A stretch of DNA of 64,000 nucleotides, taken from positions 124,001-188,000 of IMG/VR virus record IMGVR_UViG_3300043418_000072; one strand, written 5' to 3'. The notes below the pieces were generated by a model, which ran no database searches, was not told where the DNA came from, and saw nothing but the letters and a program-made list of their open reading frames with translations. This document shows positions 59,487 to 64,000 of the stretch, in pieces; position 1 is the first letter of the stretch, and each line of letters starts with the position of its first letter. Position numbers and translations under genes: made by a program.

Positions 59487-61934
59487 TTAGGCAGCTACTG
59501 CTCTAACACTATATTCAGCTGGGTCATAAGCAGCATATCGCGTTCTAAACATCTCTTGCGCTTCGGCCCATGCACTTTGTTGATCTGTACTAGATAACTC
59601 CACTGCACTTTGTCCAGTGCTGCGTTTGTAGATTTCAAATCGCTGCGTCTGTGCTTGACTTTGTTGTCTAGCATTGTGTGCTGCGGTTGGCACAACCTCA
59701 ACTTCTTGTCCTATCATGTTGGGATGGTGCATACCTAGGAACCCTGCGGCACGTTGATTGGCCTCACCTTGTGTAGCAGCTTGCACTCTGCCCATTACTG
59801 CGCCTTGACCATTTAAAATAGTCCACTCTTGCATGTTTGCTGCCTGGTGAGCATTGTGCGATTGTTGTGCAACTTGTGCATTACTAGGTTGCTCGATTGC
59901 TTGCAAGGTGAAATCATCACTGTGCAGTCCTCTGCTGGTTAAGTAATCGTGCTGTATACCAATGGCATTGTCTTGTCCGTCTGCATGGAATTGGTGGACA
60001 ACTTGACTAGTGCGGTTGTTTACTGTCTCCCAATTTGGCCTTTGTGCTGATGCTTGTTGTGCAGCACCCTGCTGAGTTCTTACTCGATAATTTGATATAT
60101 CGCCTAGTGTTGAACTGTATAGATTATAGTATGTAACCGCTTCAGTTTCTGCGCCGTTACGGTTAGTCTGCTCTAATCGTCGGTAAACTACACCGTTTGA
60201 TGTGTTGTAAAGTTCCCATGGCCCCGGTCCGGTTGGAGTCAACGGGTTCGCGGTACGTTCGGTAGGAACGTAGTCTGCTGGGATTTCTAAAACATCAAAT
60301 CTTTCCGGCTTTAGACCATGGCTGGTCATCCATGCTTCGCCGTCCTCTTTTGATTTAAATCTACGTACTGGGCTGTCTTTGTCTGTGGTTAATGCTGCAA
60401 ATCTATTAGGAACTTTTGCCCACAGACCCCAGTTGCCTTCATTGCGTTGTGACTTCTTGCCTGCATTGCTTTGTTGCAGTTTAGACAATGCTGCACGCCT
60501 AAAGTCTTTAACAACTTGTTCGGGTGCGCCGCCAACACCACTTACATAGTCACTAAAGTCTTTAACCATAGCGCCATACTCGTCCATAGTTGGCTCTAAG
60601 AGTTTATACAACTTCTTTTGATATTCTTGTTTGTACTTGTCTTCGTGTACTGCTGCATCCAGTGCAACCACAAAGCGTAACAGTGTAGGTTCAATTTTGT
60701 CTTCAAATTCGTTTAACCAATCGCCACCTGGGCTACGGAATTCTACATATCCGTCTTTGGTGTTAATACTAGTAAACTTGTTAGTGACACCACTGTGAAT
60801 CAACTTGCTAGCCGCAGTGGTCATGTGATTCTTCATCTTCTCTAGCAGCTCCTTGGCACTCAGTGGATTCTGCTTGATGGCATTTTTAACAAGTCCCATC
60901 GCACTCTTGCAATAGGTATTGCTTTGACGTTCAAATTGCTTTAATACATACTCATCGCCAAGCAAGATTGCCAACTTGACGTAGTCTAGATTTTCAAGAC
61001 CTTTCCATCCGTCAACTGAAACGTTAATGTGCAAGCCTGTGCCATAATCGCTGCCTGTGTAGCAGCCTCTACGCTTGGCCCAGCGTTTAACTTTCTGCAA
61101 ATCACTTAGCAATTCTGCAATAGGCAATGGTGGGCTAACAAATTCCAAACCGCCGTCGTCGCTGTCATCACCTTCTAAGCTGCCATCTGGTTCAACAACG
61201 TAGGTGCCTTCTTCTCGACGTGCGCCGTGATAATCTGTACTGTGATTAACTGGGCGACCAATGGCGTTACCGAAATCGTCAGCAACATTCTCTACGTCCA
61301 TATTATCACTGTCACCTTGATATTCTGTCCAGTAAGGCCAGTTAATATCAAAGTTGCGGGAAATGTTGGTCATGTGGTCATAATCAACAGCATTCAACCA
61401 ATCGCCGCTATCCCAATCGTCTTCGTGGTCAGAAACAAATTCATTGTAGGCTTCTGTATAAGCACGGTCTTGTGATTCCCATTCGCGATCTATATAATTG
61501 GAAAACGCTTCATTCTCGTCTTCATCTTCTTCACCGGTTAACCATTCGTCGTCACTGACATTCTCTCTAACCCAATGGGCAAAGAATTCGTGACCATCGC
61601 TGTCCCATTCTTCGTCAACTTTCGTTTGGCGCCACTCGTAGAATTCTTGCTCTAATTCTTCTACTAGATTGTCAACGTCACGTCGACTATTGTGGTCACC
61701 ATCGTGGAAAAAATCACGAATATCGCTAATGCTACGTGTGCGCGGGTCGTGTTCGTAATCGGGTTCTGACTCAAAATCTTCTTGACCATCGACTTTGACG
61801 TTGGGAACAATCATTTCAAATTCCATACCAGCCTTGGCATTGATCTGACTTGCGAGTTTACGCAAGCTGCCCGGGCTCATATTGACTTCGAATAATGTTT
61901 GTTCTGTTAATGTTTTGATTTGTTTATAGCGCAT
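59487..61934 (-). CDS. Putative amidoligase (COOH-NH2 ligase type 2) with acidic insert and C-terminal repeats
   Basis: GMEFE, DGSL, GLEFVSPP, GLHINVS, YVEFRSPGG; TATAAATA at 61953-61960. Confidence 0.8.
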   Translation of the reverse strand: MRYKQIKTLTEQTLFEVNMSPGSLRKLASQINAKAGMEFEMIVPNVKVDGQEDFESEPDYEHDPRTRSISDIRDFFHDGDHNSRRDVDNLVEELEQEFYEWRQTKVDEEWDSDGHEFFAHWVRENVSDDEWLTGEEDEDENEAFSNYIDREWESQDRAYTEAYNEFVSDHEDDWDSGDWLNAVDYDHMTNISRNFDINWPYWTEYQGDSDNMDVENVADDFGNAIGRPVNHSTDYHGARREEGTYVVEPDGSLEGDDSDDGGLEFVSPPLPIAELLSDLQKVKRWAKRRGCYTGSDYGTGLHINVSVDGWKGLENLDYVKLAILLGDEYVLKQFERQSNTYCKSAMGLVKNAIKQNPLSAKELLEKMKNHMTTAASKLIHSGVTNKFTSINTKDGYVEFRSPGGDWLNEFEDKIEPTLLRFVVALDAAVHEDKYKQEYQKKLYKLLEPTMDEYGAMVKDFSDYVSGVGGAPEQVVKDFRRAALSKLQQSNAGKKSQRNEGNWGLWAKVPNRFAALTTDKDSPVRRFKSKEDGEAWMTSHGLKPERFDVLEIPADYVPTERTANPLTPTGPGPWELYNTSNGVVYRRLEQTNRNGAETEAVTYYNLYSSTLGDISNYRVRTQQGAAQQASAQRPNWETVNNRTSQVVHQFHADGQDNAIGIQHDYLTSRGLHSDDFTLQAIEQPSNAQVAQQSHNAHQAANMQEWTILNGQGAVMGRVQAATQGEANQRAAGFLGMHHPNMIGQEVEVVPTAAHNARQQSQAQTQRFEIYKRSTGQSAVELSSTDQQSAWAEAQEMFRTRYAAYDPAEYSVRAVAA

Positions 61935-61967
61935 AAAAATACCTGTATTAGGTATTTATACGCACTA

Positions 61968-62885
61968 TTAATCTTGGTACGGAACTAATGCTCGTATGCT
62001 TTGCAAGCCCTTGGCTCTAGCGGCTGTGACCCTATGGTTGCCGTCTAGTAGCCATCCGTTGCTGTCTGCAACTACGGGCTTCTTTAAAATATCACGTGTT
62101 GTGACATTGTTGATGTGGTCCCAGTCTAAGTCGATTACTCTGCGGTAAGGATCGTCTTGATCGTAGAACTCCGGAGTCTGCAACTCACTTAGTGGAACTT
62201 CTTTAAGCACCCATACCTTGTGTCGCAGAATTGGCTTTTCTAAATGATATTCATTATGTATGCCTTTAACATACTTGAGCACCTGTTGATTGGTGTAAAG
62301 TTTGTTTTCTACGCTTAGGTCAACATCTTCGTCTTCTACTTCGCTAGCAGGAATCAAGCCTTCTAGTGCATAGTGCAGTTTCTTTAAGGCCCGTTCACAC
62401 TCGCCATCTTTGTACAAGATACCAATTCCGCCATTTGCTTCCCATAGCTTGATATTGCTATCCCAATCGTCGATCAAGATATTAGGAGTGCCATCTGCTT
62501 GTCTAGCAAACTTTTCCTTTTGGTGATCAAAGATAATGCTTTCGGGAGGGATTCTGGATAGTTTGCGATCAATCCAGTCGGCCTTTTCTCTGCTGCTTTG
62601 CTCTACATCGCTCATTAGCGGAGCAGATAAGATACTGTATTCGCCTGCTAGTTTTAGCACACCGTGTAGCAGTTTACCTGCTTGTGGTAATGCTGGCAAT
62701 TCAGCGAAGAATCCAGGTTCTTGTGCGACTTGATCAATGCAGTCTTTTTCTTTACGTGCTCTACGCCAATGCGTTGCACCTTCGCGTTTTGCGATCTCGC
62801 CAAACATGTCCGCGAGAACACCGTCGAGGTCAACGTATACCACCGGAGTGGACTCATAACTATTTTCTAATTCAAAACTTTTCAT
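61968..62885 (-). CDS. HAD 5'-nucleotidase fused to ParB-like domain
   Basis: [16 protein letters not shown]; C-terminal LLDGNHRV. Confidence 0.8.
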   Translation of the reverse strand: MKSFELENSYESTPVVYVDLDGVLADMFGEIAKREGATHWRRARKEKDCIDQVAQEPGFFAELPALPQAGKLLHGVLKLAGEYSILSAPLMSDVEQSSREKADWIDRKLSRIPPESIIFDHQKEKFARQADGTPNILIDDWDSNIKLWEANGGIGILYKDGECERALKKLHYALEGLIPASEVEDEDVDLSVENKLYTNQQVLKYVKGIHNEYHLEKPILRHKVWVLKEVPLSELQTPEFYDQDDPYRRVIDLDWDHINNVTTRDILKKPVVADSNGWLLDGNHRVTAARAKGLQSIRALVPYQD

Positions 62886-62976
62886 ATCAGTATTTACGTG
62901 GGTTTATATAAATATTAGTGTAGTTCGCGGACATCCCCTTCCCAACTACTCTAATGCTACAAGGAGCAATCAGCAC

Positions 62977-63570
62977 ATGTATTTACACTATTACGTCTAT
63001 GCCTATCTAAGAAAAGATAGCACACCTTACTACATTGGCAAGGGAAAAGGTAACCGTGCATTTCAGAATCATATTTCTCACAGGCCACCAGCTGATAGAA
63101 CTAGGATAGTGTTTATTGAGAAAAATTTATCCAATGTAGGAGCCCTTGCAATCGAACGTAAGATGATACTCTGGTATGGCCGTAAGGATAATGGAACTGG
63201 TATCTTGCGTAACAAAACAGATGGGGGAGATGGATTAACTAATTACAATCCGTCAGCGGCAGTGAGGCAAAAATGTTCACAACCCGGTGAGTTAAATGGA
63301 ATGTATGGTAAATCACATTCTGATGATGTACGAAAAGCGTCGAGTATGCGAAGATCCCGCACTAATAGCTTGCGGCGGTGGTATAATAATGGCGTAGAGA
63401 CTGCTTTCTTATTAGAATGTCCCACTGGATGGCGCGAAGGCAGAATAAATCAAAAGCCCACTACTGCTGGTAACAAATGGTACAATAACGGTATTATTGC
63501 AGTTAGTAGAAAAGAGAAACCACCCGGGGACGAGTGGATTTGTGGTATGCTTGACCGTAATAATTTATAA
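62977..63570 (+). mobile_element. Free-standing GIY-YIG homing endonuclease with NUMOD-like tail
   Basis: YYVYAYLR...[19 protein letters not shown], two WYNNG; TATAAATA at 62907-62914. Confidence 0.85.
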
Positions 63571-64000
63571 CGCTAGCGCTCGACGAAAACTTTGAATTGT
63601 GTGGTTAAGAGTTGTGTTAACTGCGTTCTGTTGGCGCAGGGCAATTTCGTGTCCGATACTAAAGATGTTAGTAGGAGGCATAGTAACACGGGCATCGCTT
63701 TCGATTCCGTCCCTACTAATAGCAAGTCCGTGCTTGGTAACAAGGTGCTTAATGGGTGCATTATAGCTCAAACAGTGCATGTAAAGGTCTCTAAAACCTC
63801 TGTTTTGTGCCCATGTCATGGCATAATCCATCATACCACTGGCAATGCCCTTGCTGCGATATGCTTCTGCTACCATTACACCAAACTCTACTTCGTGGTC
63901 GCTCATACGTGCAATATGCACGGTGCCCACAATTTCTTGATCAATATCTTCTGCTACCACAATATTGTGCAAGAGTGCATCTGCAATCATTCCATCCATT
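63565..64000 (-). CDS. GNAT acetyltransferase, 5' end beyond window
   Basis: [20 protein letters not shown]. Confidence 0.8.
   Translation of the reverse strand, partial: MDGMIADALLHNIVVAEDIDQEIVGTVHIARMSDHEVEFGVMVAEAYRSKGIASGMMDYAMTWAQNRGFRDLYMHCLSYNAPIKHLVTKHGLAISRDGIESDARVTMPPTNIFSIGHEIALRQQNAVNTTLNHTIQSFRRALAL

Noticed and set aside
1-64000. Genome-wide TAG reassignment
   Set aside because: All long genes, including late structural ones, are open in code 11; about six genes end in TAG (26483, 32393, 34869, 40148, 43991, 52004); only one internal TAG found

Overview
Phage DNA with about 130 tightly packed genes, nearly all on the minus strand, from a large T4-related tailed phage. Evidence: clamp loader, ATP-dependent ligase, T4-type baseplate/tail proteins, TAAATA late promoters, host sigma70-type early promoters. 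A Betaproteobacterial host is plausible but inferred. Recognisable genes: Bug/TctC, PhoH, two GroES, MazG, SOD, IF-1, PTH2, NAMPT, NadM-Nudix, radical SAM, amidoligase, HNH and GIY-YIG endonucleases. Main discoveries: (1) two tandem arrays with about 45 small paralogues ending in F-x-L-[RK]-W, chained by a DNA junction repeat that is at once C-terminus, RBS and ATGA start/stop overlap; at least five appear to carry short copies of the most conserved motifs of core phage proteins (two major-capsid segments including a Gol-like peptide, a helicase Walker A, PolB motifs A and B); (2) an amber (CUA) suppressor tRNA with a structured 3' trailer that pairs with its CCA end, and a nearby gene with an in-frame TAG at codon 5; (3) a circularly permuted two-piece tmRNA; (4) a hairpin-dense ~470 nt non-coding region; (5) matching two-hairpin leaders on both NAD-salvage transcription units. 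All family calls and motif matches were made by eye from remembered consensus sequences; no search was run. Many starts were moved from the ORF track to the coupled or RBS-supported codon.
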